This document shows positions 51,141 to 63,206 of a stretch of DNA of 64,000 nt, piece by piece (position 1 is the first letter of the stretch; the number at the start of each line of letters is the position of its first letter). The position numbers and the translations under genes are program-made. The stretch is from the NCBI GenBank assembly GCA_001662655.1, contig KV460209.1. One strand, given 5' to 3'. The DNA is from Pseudogymnoascus verrucosus. Its lineage: Eukaryota. The notes under the pieces are model-generated. The model was given only the letters and a program-made list of their open reading frames with translations, was not told the DNA's origin and ran no database searches.

Positions 51141-54100
51141 TCAAGCCTTCCACAAAGCTTCCAAATCCGTCTCAATACCCATCAACTCAGCCAGTCGCCC
51201 ATCTTTGTTCTCACCCATCATTGTCAAAACCGCGCTGAACAGTTCAGCGAATTTGTCAGCCTGGCTATCGTTCAAAGCCTTACTATCCCATTGCAGCTTA
51301 AACCGGTGGCCCTTTGCAGTCTTTTGGACCTCCACCATCAAGGCATAGTTGATAGTCATGAAGACCTTGCTCTGCGCCATGACGATCCACCTCATAGGAT
51401 CAGGCTTGGCCGTCGCAGGAGCAGGCTCAAATGGCTGAAAGCAATAGAGCAGTTTTGCGGAATGCACCTGCCTGTCTCTATTCAACGTCTTGTACATGTC
51501 ATTAAGACCAACTGCACCATGCTCAGTCGTGTCCCAGAACTGTGCTTGCGTGTCTTTGAGGAACTTGGCGATCGACTCCTTGCTGGACAGCTTCGATCGG
51601 AAAGGTAGAAAGTTTGCACACGCCCCGTTCAAGGTTTGCGGGTTCTCGACATCTGCGTTGCGGCCAGTGAGGAGGTTGTCGACCAGTACATCGTTGGCCC
51701 CAGTCAGCTTGCCAGCAACGATTGAATAGGCGGCTTGGAAGACGGTTGAGGCTGTGACGCCAAAAGCGGATGCAGTGCTATCCACGTCTGCATTTACCAC
51801 AGCAAACTTCAGTCGATCTGAAATAGGCTGTAATGGTAGGTTGTGTCTGGGAGTGTATGAGTGGAGCGAACGCTTCCAGTATCGCAGTGCTTCGCTTCGA
51901 TCGACACCATGTGCCCAGTCAATGAATTTTTTGAATGAATTGACAGGAGGGATATTTGTATCACCGCGAGCGATGGCCCTGAATTGGTCGTCGAAGATCC
52001 GGAGAAGGGTTCCATCATACGATCCATGATCTACCTTGATGCACAGTGTCCTCGCGCCGTCTGTCAGGGATTGGAGGAGCCTATACTTGATATTGGGCCT
52101 GCCAAAGGTAAAGAGCCCGTCCCGCAAGCTCTCCATGTGGCCCAGCTTCTCTGCGTCAGTGGCGTAGAAGATGTGCTCAAAGTCCATTACCGGCTCTCTG
52201 AGGATGATCTATAATACTGTTAGACGATGCTGTCAATTTTTCGTAGTTATCATGGACTTACCTGATACCAAGATGATTCGTCAATTTGATCGACTTGGAA
52301 GTACATTGTTCTCAAGATTTGATTTCTGGCCGTCAGCTCCCTCGTGGTATCTTTCCAGAGCTGGAGATCGAAGTGTGGGGGAAGTTCTCGACAAGCAGTG
52401 AGATTCCAGAACTGTTGCTTCTTGTGCCCTTGAGTCAAGAACTCAATCTGGCCAGCACCACAAGGATAAAAATCCTCAATATATTGATGAAAATCAATGC
52501 CAGCATTTCCCATGGCCGACAACAATGATTGCGGAGTCTCATACTTGACTTCTGCGACGACCTTCTTCTTTTGTGCTGCTTTGAGATTTTTCGCCTGCTC
52601 TCCGAGAGTTGGGTTGGAGAGAATATGGGATACGGAGATGTTATAGGAAAGCTTTCGACAGGCAGCAACAACATTGATGGCGGATATTGAGTCTCCTCCA
52701 AGACTGAGAAAGATGGAACTCGCACCGATCGATTCCTCAGGCTCGTCGAGAACCGACGCCCACGCCTGTCGCATCACCAGCTCTTCTTCAGTTGAGGCAG
52801 CCACGAATTCGTCCGAACCATTATCGCGAGGCAGATATGTTGTAATCTCGGAATTCGTCATCTGCTCTGCAACTGCTATGAGGGCCTTCCTGTTTGACTT
52901 TCCAGACGGGAGAGTTGGGAAGCTTCTGAAAGGCAGGAAGAGACTTGGCACCATATAATGCGAGAGTGTAGTGAGCCGGGATGAAAGGCTTAAAATCCTG
53001 TCCAAGTAGTCGTCCGCTGGCAGCATTGCCGTGTTATTCGGAAGATGGTCGCCTTTGAAGATGCAGAATGCAACAAGCTGGCGCTTTCCGTGTAATTCAG
53101 CAACGGATACGATAGCAGCGTCGACTTCCTCAGTTACGAGGATTGCGTTTTCAATCTCACCAAGCTCGATGCGGAAACCGTTAAGCTTGATCTGATAATC
53201 CTTTCGGCCGAGACATCTGTGACACAGTTGGTGATAGCTCCTTGATGTGATGGGCATACGTACTCAAGGCTCCCATCATCTGCCCATCGTGCCAGGTCTC
53301 CGGTTCTATAGAGAGGCTCTCCATCAGTGTCGCGGACAAAGGCTGCAGCCGTTTGTTCAGGGCGATTGAGGTATCCCTTTGCAAGTTGCGGCCCGCGGAC
53401 ACAGAGTTCTCCTACAGTACCACGTGGTACGGGCTCCAAGTTGCCAGCTTCAGGCGAGACGACGGTTGTGGTAACATGCTTTAATGGGTATCCGATACTG
53501 TTAAGACTGCCGTCTGGCTTTACATGCGAAACAGTCATGAGAATCGTGGCTTCAGTGGGACCATAACTAGAATCTGGTTAGCCCTGTTTGGGTACCTCGA
53601 TCTGCGGGAGACACTTACCCGTTATAAACATCTACACTCTGTGCCCAGTTCAGGATGTTCACATCAATTTTCTCGCCGCACACATTCAACACCTTCAGAC
53701 CGGGCACTTCTGCTGGGCCACCAGAAATGAGCTTGGTAATCGTCGGTGTGAGCATCACCTGCTCGATCTCCAATTTGTTGATATAGCTGGCGAGGTTTGA
53801 TAGTAGCTCATCCTGTGGTGCGAGGCATAAAGTCGCCCCAGCCGAGAAGATGGTGAAAACATCATAATAGGAAGCATCGAAAACATAGTTGAGGACCCAC
53901 AGAGCATTCCAATCGGAAGTCACGGCTGTGGCTTCAATCATACCCTCTGTCGAAGCTGTCACAGCTGAATGTTGTACAACGACACCTTTTGGCAATCCTG
54001 TCGAACCAGAAGTGTAGATTGCGTAGATCACGCTTTCTGGAGTGAGCTCTGGAATCACAGGGTTCTGTGAAGAGTCAGAAGGAAGCTCCATGTCCTCGGT

Positions 54101-57100
54101 GATAATCATTTCAACACCAAAAGATGCACAAGCGCTTCTGGTGTGTTCATCTGTGACAATTCGCTTCGCCTCGACATCTTTAACGATGAATGCGTTTCTA
54201 TCATGCGGATTGAGTGGATCGAGAGGCGTAAAGGAAGCGCCGGCTTTAATGATGCCGAGGATAGAGATCAAGGTTTCCGTCGATTTTTCCATGTAGAGAG
54301 GGATCATCTCGCCATGCTGGACACCTTCTGAAATGAGCCAGGCAGCAAAGCTATTGGCCTTTCCATTGAGCTCTGCATAAGACAACATTTCCCCTGAGGC
54401 CGTGCGAATAGCAGTCTTTGACGGAGTAGATGCTGCAAAAGACTCAAAAGCAGCATGTGCAAGTCCAAATTCTGGATATGACGTTGCAAGCCTTGGAATT
54501 TCTTCGGCCGAGTCTTCATAAACTGAGGAAACCTCATTAGACATCTGAGCTGCGACCCCCTCGGGATTTCCGATCATGCCGCCCACGATTTGAACAAATC
54601 TGCCTAGTAAAGTCTCGGCGGAAAGCAAATCTCCAGCGAAAGGCACTAGCATCTTGACTGATGTTGGGTCTGTTTCGCTGATCTCAATGGTGATGTATCT
54701 AATTGCGATGTTAGTTTGAACAATGATTGAAGTACTACAAAACGACAGGGGTCACTCACTGCGTGAAGTTGTCTCCGTGGGTAATAATCGGCACCAATGG
54801 GCCAGCGACGAGAGAGTCATCTTGCTTCACAAGTATATTAACCATGGTGTTAAAGGCACTTGGTTTCATGGATCCCTCGGTCAGGGCATTTCGCATCCCA
54901 GAGTGGGCGAATCTGGATAGAACCCAAAGATTGCTTTGCACTGCCTTTGCGAAGTCAACGGCATGTAGCCCTTCATCTACTTGAACCCGCATGGGCACAG
55001 TATTGAGAGTCGGGCCATCTAGTGACAAGATTCCGTCTAGGTCGGCATCTCGTCCTGAAAATGCTGCGACGAAAGTTACGTCTCGAGTATTGAGCATCGA
55101 AGCAAGAGTTAAAGCCCAGGCGGCATGGACGAAGGCACCCATGGTTACACCATAATTGTGGCTATATTCTGTCAAGCCATGGTCAATTGTGGATTTTAAG
55201 ACGAAAGGCTCAATAGCCTGTGCACTAATCCCGAGATCAACGACGGTTGGCGTAGCCGACTGAAGATAGCCTCTCCAGAACTCCTTAGCCTTCTCATCGT
55301 GTGTGTGTTGCTGAAAGGCGACGTATGAACTAAAAGGCAGGCGAGGAATCGTCGATTTCCCTTGCAAGACTGCAATAGTATCCTGGATAACGAATTGGCT
55401 AGACCAGAAGTCGAACAGGCTGTGGTGCATCTCGAGGAGAAGAATATCTTCGTCGATAACAGTAACCCTGATGAGAGGCTCATCGAGAGGCATTTCCTCT
55501 TTGCTTGATTCCTTCACGACACTGTCTAATGAAGCCCCTTTAATGACTGTCCAAGGGATTTCCGCGGTTTTCTTAACTGCCTGAACGAAACTCCGTTTGT
55601 GTGGGTAAAAGACCGTTCGTAGCATATTGCTGCGAGCTAAGACTTGATTCATTGCCGCCTGTACCTGAGAAGAGCTGACTCCCTGTAGCTGATACGTGCG
55701 CTGATAGACATAGTTGACAGTACCCAAGATGGAGTCTGCCAGGATGCCTTCCTGAAGCGGCGTGACGGGATAGGCGTCTTCAAGCCCGGCTAGATTAATC
55801 TTTGCTCCCTGTGGGAGTAAAGAGAAAGGCGCTGGAGGGGTTGCAATTTCCAAATTTGGCTCAGTTTGGCAATCAAGCATCTGCCTTATCGACTCAGACT
55901 GCAAGATATCCGAAACGGAAATGTGAATATCAATTTTTCTCAGGTTGGATGCTACAACAATGGCGTCCAGGGACGAGCCACCAAGCTCCTGGAATGAAAC
56001 ACTGAAATCAACCGTGTCTGGCGATATAGAGAGAGCAGAAGCAATTGTCTCAGCAATCTTAGCATCGGAACTAATTTCAAGTTTATCAGTGGCTTCTGCG
56101 AGTCGGAGTGATGCATGTGACGATTGTGGTGTAAGGATTGATGGTGTGATAGACAATTTGATCAGCTTGTTTGCATCCATCGCTTCAACCGCCTTTTGGA
56201 GGCTGGATATGTCAACTTTTCCGCTCGCTGTGAGAGGCAATTCTTCGCGCTGGACCCAGTATCGAGGGATGGCGTAATGAGGGAGCAGAGCTCCCAGCTC
56301 TAGGCGTATCTCTCTGATGAGAGACGACCACTCCTTCCCCTTCTCGGGCACAATAACACCAACCAGAGAATTCCTATTGAGAACAACGGCAGACACCACA
56401 ATGGATTGGACGACGCCAGGTTGGACCTGGATTATGAAGTTTGACTCGCTTGGCTCTACTCGTTGGCCGTCAATCTTTGTCTGCTGGTCGATTCTTCCAA
56501 TAAGCTCGATTGTTCCGTCGTCATTCTCGATGACCATGTCACCTGTCCGATAGAGGCGTCCAGCTCCGTAGGGATTGTTGATGAAGACTTCCCGAGTTTT
56601 CTCTGGAAGGTTAAGATACCCCTTGCCAAGTTGGTCTCCACCAAGGCATAGCTCGCCAGAGGTCATTGGTGGCACGCGATTGAGGGTATTCGGAGCAAGT
56701 ACGATATATGTTGTGCCTGTGTCACGGTTAGTTGCTTCATATCAAAATACTACTCCGCATGCAAGGGGCATCAGCCCCGAATGTTACGTACTATCTGAAG
56801 GCATTCCAATAGTTCGTGCCGAATGACCGGGCTTCAGGAGATGTCTCATATTTAACTACTATTCGTTAGTGTCCTGTCGTTTCTGCTCTGGGATTGGGGC
56901 GGCATACCTGAGTGCATTCGCTAAGACCATATGCACCGATCAGCTCGACCTTTCCTGCCCAAGTCTCAACAAGTTCCGGGCCGACGGCTTCGCCACCAAG
57001 TGTGATCCTTTTGATAGCCGAAGGTACATTTAATGGATCGATAAGCTTGAGCATGCTTGGTGTAATCTCAAGTGACGAGATGCCCATTTCCTCAATGGTG

Positions 57101-57936
57101 TCGCTTAGACACAGGGTGATATTCTCTTTGCTAGCAAGGCATAATGTGCCACCACGGCATAGAGCCCCGAGGATGGTGCGTTGTGCGGCGCTGAAGATGG
57201 GAGAATGGCAGAGCAGCTGTCTGAAGGGTTGTGATACATCCAAATCGGGAAGTGCAGATATCCCAGTATGGGCAGCAGAGTGAGGAAGAATAACACCTTT
57301 AGGGTGCCCAGTTGTGCCGGATGTGTAGATGACATAGGCGGTGTCTGATGGGTCTTGATAATTGTTGACATTGGTGAGATATTTTGGACTCATTGCCTGT
57401 GACACGGTGACAAGATCCTCGATAGATGCTTCTTGAGCAGGCGTGAAGCTTCCCTCAGTTGTGGAATCGGTGATGACGAATAATGCTTTGGTGTCGTTGA
57501 CGATAAACCGATTCCGCTCCGCAGGGGAGTCAGTTGAGAGGAGCACATAGGCTGCTCCGGCCTTCAAAACTGCCAGTAAGGCAACAATCAGGTTTATAGA
57601 CCTAGAGACGGCAATGGGCACAATGGTATTTCTGGCCCAAGACAGCTGGCGTGCCACACCATTGGCAGTTTCGTTGAGCTGCTGGTAGGTCAGCTCATCT
57701 TGGTTCTCGAACTGGACGGCGATTGCATTGGGAGTCTTCTTGGCCTGTCTCTCAAACAACGAGTGGACAAGGCCATCTGACCCAGCCGTCAAGGCTTCGA
57801 TATTGGATGCGGAAGAATTGAGGGCTTTGAAGATGCCCTCAAAGCCTGAGACTTGGTCAAGCTCCAACTCAAGGAAGAGCTTGTGGCCCCTGAGGAATAC
57901 CGTGGCAGGGGATCGCTGCACAACTTGAATAGCCAT
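51141..57936 (-). CDS. Bimodular NRPS A-T-C-A-T-C (SidE/ferrichrome-synthetase-like lineage); ~6 introns
   Basis: A1 YTSGTTGHPKG/YRTGD/SGKVD; T1 LGGSSL; C1 HHSLFD; A2 YTSGSTGLPKG/FDAS/YGPTE/YRTGD; T2 LGGDSI; terminal C DHGSYDG. Confidence 0.93.
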
Positions 57937-59215
57937 CTCGATTACTGGTTAAAGTAAAGGTAAAGAGAAGAAGTCAAAGGCAAAGAGGAGAGACGAAATG
58001 AGAAAAAAGTTGTGCTTGCTCGTGATTGATATTCTAGAACGGCGAAAGAGAGAGGAAATATCAACATTATATATTCCACGGTCTAGACAGTCTCTTCCTG
58101 ATAATCCACTCCGAAACGAACACCCCTACCTTTATCACCGACTGCTGCAATACTACAGCCCCATCTACAATACGCCTTGCAGTATTTGGCCCATGACTAG
58201 CAACATCCAGCCCAAAGGCGGTTCTAATGTGCTTGGGATGAGCTGCTAGGAGAATCTAAGAATACGACAAATCAGGCATTAGCCTCTTTCCAGGCGCGCG
58301 AAAGGGTACATGGAGATAGCCATGGTAACTGGCCCCGCGGCTATTTCCCCTTCTGAGTAGATGCTCCGCGTAAATCCGAGTCAGCCAGTGTAAGTATGAG
58401 GTGCGAGGGTATTACGAGACGCTGTAATCGATGGTGGCTGACCAGGCAGATTCAGCCCCTTGGGCTAAAAACGTGGTATGACTGCTTCAAGGTACCAAGA
58501 TTGTGGTCTTAGAAATCATAGCCATTACGAGGCTTATAGCCCCTTGCTGTTTCAGGATCCAGTCAGAGCTGAGGGTTACGAATTCAAACGGCAAAGAGGC
58601 AAGCAGATAGGATGAGACGCTGAGCCTTCACAAGGGGTGCCGTGATCCTGTAGAAGATTAGGCTAGAGCGCCAAGCTAGAGTGTAATACACGCAAGAAAC
58701 ATAATATGGGGGCTAAAATTCATGGCAATTAAGAGTTAGGCGCGGAATATACCAAGCTTCTCACCCCATCTTGTCCCGACCCAAAACCCGTATATATTCT
58801 GTTTGTGATGGCAGAGCGCCACACGGCGCTATAATCACACCGTAGCTGACATGAGAAGAGGTTACAGCAGTAATAAAAATTGAAACGCAAAGAGGAAAGA
58901 ACAAAGAACAACATTTAAGTCATTTGGCGGCATTTTCTTAATCAATGTAGTAGACGTGCACAGAAACCGTTTGTATTCCGTAAGCATATGTCCATAAAGT
59001 TGCTTTGTAATTTGTAATGTGATGGATTTTGCCGAGACCACAAACAAACAACCACGACTTCACTGTGCTGCCCACCACTAACCATACTTCAAATATTCTC
59101 GCCTTTGTTCCTCTTTCACTTTATCCCATCCTTTTTTACTGAATAATCTAAGATCTTACATTCAAATCACACGTTTTCCAGAAATCAATCAATCTCACAT
59201 TTATTCACATTCACC

Positions 59216-60271
59216 ATGGCCCAAGTTCTCACCATTGCAAGCGGCACCCAGGTGCCAGCCGTGAACTTCCACGCCCAAAAATATTCCGTTGATAAGCTCG
59301 AGGCAAACGAGGTCCTCATCAAGATGCTCGCAGCCCCAATCAACCCCCTCGACATCCTGGTGCTCGCAGGCGTCTACCCTGTTAAGCCATCCCACACACA
59401 CCTTGACGAGCCCATCCTAGGCTACGACGGCGTGGGCGAGGTTCTCAAGATCGGAAGAAGCGTGACCACCCTCTCGCCCGGTGACCTCGTTGTGCCGAGC
59501 AAGTTCGGGACAGGCACTTGGCGCACCCATGCTGTGCTCGACGCTGCGTCACTCCAGAGGGTTACATATCCTACGGACCTGGCTTTCGCATCCATCCTCC
59601 GCATTGGGATCGCCCCTGCATTCTGCCTCGTGGAAGACATGAGAGCCTTGAAACCTGGTGACTACATCATCCAGAATGCTGGAACCTCACTCCTGGCTCA
59701 GTTTGTCATCCAGTTCGCACGCCGTCGCGGGGTTAACGTCATCAACGTTGTCCGCGACCGCGAGGCTTACGAGCTAGAGAAAGTCGAAACGGCTCTCCGC
59801 AAGCTTGGGGCTGAAATTGTCGTTACGGAGAGTGCCCTCGCCGGGGATGCCCGCGTTAAAAATAAGCGCATCATGCTCGCTCTGGACTCGGTCTTCGGGA
59901 CCTCCGGACGCGGGCTAGTCAAGGCTCTTGCCGTGGGCGGGACGTACGTGCAGCTGGGATTCCTGAGTGGGGCGGCAGGGGGTCCCATCGCGATTGATCC
60001 CACGGATCTGTTTGCGCGACAGCTGACGATGAAGGGGTTCCGTGGGTCTGCGCAGGTGGGGCTGCGTTCTGCTGAGGAGCAGGTTGACTTGTTCAACTGG
60101 TTCGTGGAGCTGTTCAACAACGGAGAATTGCAGCTGCCCGCGCTTGGCTTGCAAAAGGTGAAGTGGTCTGTTGGTAATGCAGAAGGGAGCAAGGGGGCGC
60201 TTCTCGAGGCTGTGGAGCGCGCCAAGAGCGGTGCTCTGGGGCAGAGGAAGCAGATCATTCTCTTCGAGTAG
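59216..60271 (+). CDS. Etr1/MECR-type trans-2-enoyl thioester reductase (MDR family), intronless, no mitochondrial presequence
   Basis: LAAPINPLD...GVYP, GYDGVGEV, GTWRTH, GDYIIQNAG, VINVVRDR. Confidence 0.88.
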   Translation: MAQVLTIASGTQVPAVNFHAQKYSVDKLEANEVLIKMLAAPINPLDILVLAGVYPVKPSHTHLDEPILGYDGVGEVLKIGRSVTTLSPGDLVVPSKFGTGTWRTHAVLDAASLQRVTYPTDLAFASILRIGIAPAFCLVEDMRALKPGDYIIQNAGTSLLAQFVIQFARRRGVNVINVVRDREAYELEKVETALRKLGAEIVVTESALAGDARVKNKRIMLALDSVFGTSGRGLVKALAVGGTYVQLGFLSGAAGGPIAIDPTDLFARQLTMKGFRGSAQVGLRSAEEQVDLFNWFVELFNNGELQLPALGLQKVKWSVGNAEGSKGALLEAVERAKSGALGQRKQIILFE

Positions 60272-61548
60272 GGGTTTGGCGGGTGGTTGCGGGACACAGA
60301 GCGCGTGGCAACTGCAACCAAAGCAGGAGTAGTGGGCGAAGCATGGAGGCTGGGACTCGTCGATATTGAGACGGCAAGGGGCGGTGGATCGTTACACGCC
60401 CTCCTGTTTTTATACTCGAGTAGCCGGTAAAACAGAATTATGAGAGTGGTATTTTTGCTCGTTTATAGCCGCACCGTCAATGTGCCGCAAATGAATCAAC
60501 AGCCGCTCCTGGAGTGTTCTCCGTTCTAAAGATGGAAATCTAATTATCCCACTACTACTCACTACTGGTATACTTTCGACTGTTTCTACCTCTGACTATT
60601 ACAATTTCATACCTGTAAACGTTTCTCACTATGACCGTTTTGGTACTAATACCACTATTAGAGTGCTGCCTTAGGAATAAGCCGTATTATTGCAGTTGTA
60701 GTATCATATTGCGTTGACGCCATTGCGGCTGCTTTCATGATATCCAACTAACATGAAGTTGATTGTTAAGCTCTATTTTCTCACGTAATCATTTGCCGTT
60801 GTTGTCATTGACTTTGTATTGTCCGTAAGGATTTTGAGTATTCATTCCGTGGCTCACTGCATGAGGTCCTGTACTATCTTCTCCCGCTGTTTCTGGATTT
60901 CCCCGCGTGACACCCGGCATCCCCGGGCCATAACGAAAGCTATACGCTCGCCATGCGAGGCAGTTTCCGCGTCGAGGATACGGCGAGAACGGCTGATAAT
61001 CAGCCTGACATCAGAAACCCAACACAGCGCATTTCACCTCCTCTCCATTACCAAACTCCCCGTGTGTAACTGTACCTACAAAAGATCCTCGTGGCGCAGC
61101 TGTATTGGGTAAAGCGGAGAAACATCCGATGCAAGTCTGACAGATCCAAGGGGGTGGCAAAAAATGATAAATGCAAATACCCGTACGTACGTACGGGAAG
61201 TTGGATGTTTTCGATATACTGTGCAACGGAAAGATTTGTGTAACGGGATCATGATGCGACGTTGTGTTCTCGATGACATGGTGGATGGGCGTTAAAAAGG
61301 GGGTTTCACGAGATAAGGGCACGACATCAGTTAGGCGAAGAATATAGATTTTCTCACTTTGTGATTTTTGTGTCTCGTTACTGTTACAGTAGAACGGGTT
61401 GTGAGACTTTTATTGATCCCACACAGGAACTTCCCTTATTTGTCTCAGAAATATACAAATAGAAATAAATTCAATAAATCAATAAAATCCAAAAGTAGCT
61501 AAACATCATCAACGCACTACACTTGCGTTCATCACATCACACCCCGCT

Positions 61549-62255
61549 CTACTCCGTAACACTAGCCTTCAGCATATCCTCTAACCCCTCCGGCCTAATT
61601 GGCTGATCATCATCAATTCTCAACCCATTAATGATTCTAGCAAGCGTGGAATAAGTCCCCAAAATAATGAGCACCTCAACCAACTCCGCATGACCCAAGA
61701 TCTCCACTGCATCATTGATCGTGCCAGGGGTGTTAGTGTAGGTTGCGAGCTGCTCGTCTATCACGCGTAGGATTACACGCTGGCGGTCAGTCCATGGGCC
61801 TTCGCCTTGGCGCACACTGAAGGCAGTGCAGCCGATGGCGGCTATCTTTTCCTCGCCCAAGTTGAAAATTTCAGCGACGGGGAGGTTGACGTCGTATTCG
61901 TACTTTGCACCGAGGGTGGTGGCAGTGCGAAGGACGATGAGTTGCTGTTTGCGTTAACTTGTTCTCACCTCATTATAGTGATACTGTGCCTGTTGCAGAT
62001 GTGGTGTAGGAGGTGAGGACTTACCCAGTCTAGCAAGGGGATCTTGCGAACATCCTTGTTGAAGCAGCCCCCAATGAGGCCCATTATGTGTGGGAATAGG
62101 CCCGGGGAGTGCGCCAAAAGGAGAAATATATTGCGACGGAAGGGTAGGACGTTGATTTTCTCAGCGATATGGGGCGGTGCTGTGGCAGCTTCGACATAAG
62201 GGATGAGGCAGGTGTGTCGGAAGGGGTCAGCGTGTGGTTCAGTGGGGGCAGACAT
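61549..62255 (-). CDS. AhpD/carboxymuconolactone decarboxylase-like protein; 1 intron
   Basis: NIFLLLAHSP...W|QLIVLRTATTLGAKYEY...WTDRQRVILRVIDE...ELVEVLIILGTYSTLARIINGLRID matches the double AhpD-like helical pattern. Confidence 0.75.
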
Positions 62256-63206
62256 AATTGTTAGTTTTTCGGAGCTGGATATCGTAATAGAAAAACTGGA
62301 TGGGATGGGATGGGCTGAATTGAAACTTGATAAAAATCAGACTCTGATCTCTGAGGAATCATGCAAAGGTAAGAGGGAATAGCCAAATTTATCTGCTGAA
62401 CTCGTCTATGCCGAGTGAGATGTCGATTACAAAACGACAAACCACAACATTCCATGGTTCTCTGATCTTTTCCTGTTGCTTCACCGTCACGTAATTCGTA
62501 TACCTCGTATACCTTACCCAATTCTCCCTGTCCACCAACACATAAGCCGGATACCTCCATCCCCAGCCCATCCTCCTGACTCCTGTCAGCCTAACTCGCC
62601 GCTTACCGAGCAGTACAACTTTACACCGCATCTTGGATACATACGCGTCTAGAAAAGGTACGGAGATAATCATGCATTTGATAATACCTATTTCTAAGCT
62701 CGTCGGGCCCTCCCCTGCCTTTCGCTTACCTACGCTCGGAGGTGGGGCCGATATTGGCAAGACGGGAACTCACGAGCGGGAGGGTTCAGCTAAGGGAGTT
62801 TCCGTGTGTGGCGTTTCAGGGTTGGTGTGAGGAGTTGGAAGATTCTATTTGTGGGGGCCAGAGTGTGCAGCTGGGATTTTGCGTCGTAGGAGCCAGGGTG
62901 TGGAGCGAGGTTCGCCTTGGGTGGCTCAGCTGTGTGTTACGATCGATTCTCAGAGGTAAAGAATGCTAGTTTTGGGAAGAATGCATGTTTTATTTTACAG
63001 AGGGCTGATTTCTCTGTTTAACGATAGCTGAGAAGGATGAGGGCTAGTGCAGAGATGCGGCACATTGGATTTTGTTCAAGAATGGACGAGAGTCCGCGAT
63101 TTTGAAATTGAATCTTCAAGCTCACTGTCTTCTATCCTCAACAACATCTATCTTTTACCTCATTTCATATTCTCAAATCCTGAGCACACCAACAAAGCAC
63201 ACCAAC

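Noticed and set aside
58400..62945. Recurrent RTTACG motifs in the cluster promoters
   Set aside because: Too short and variable to distinguish from background by eye
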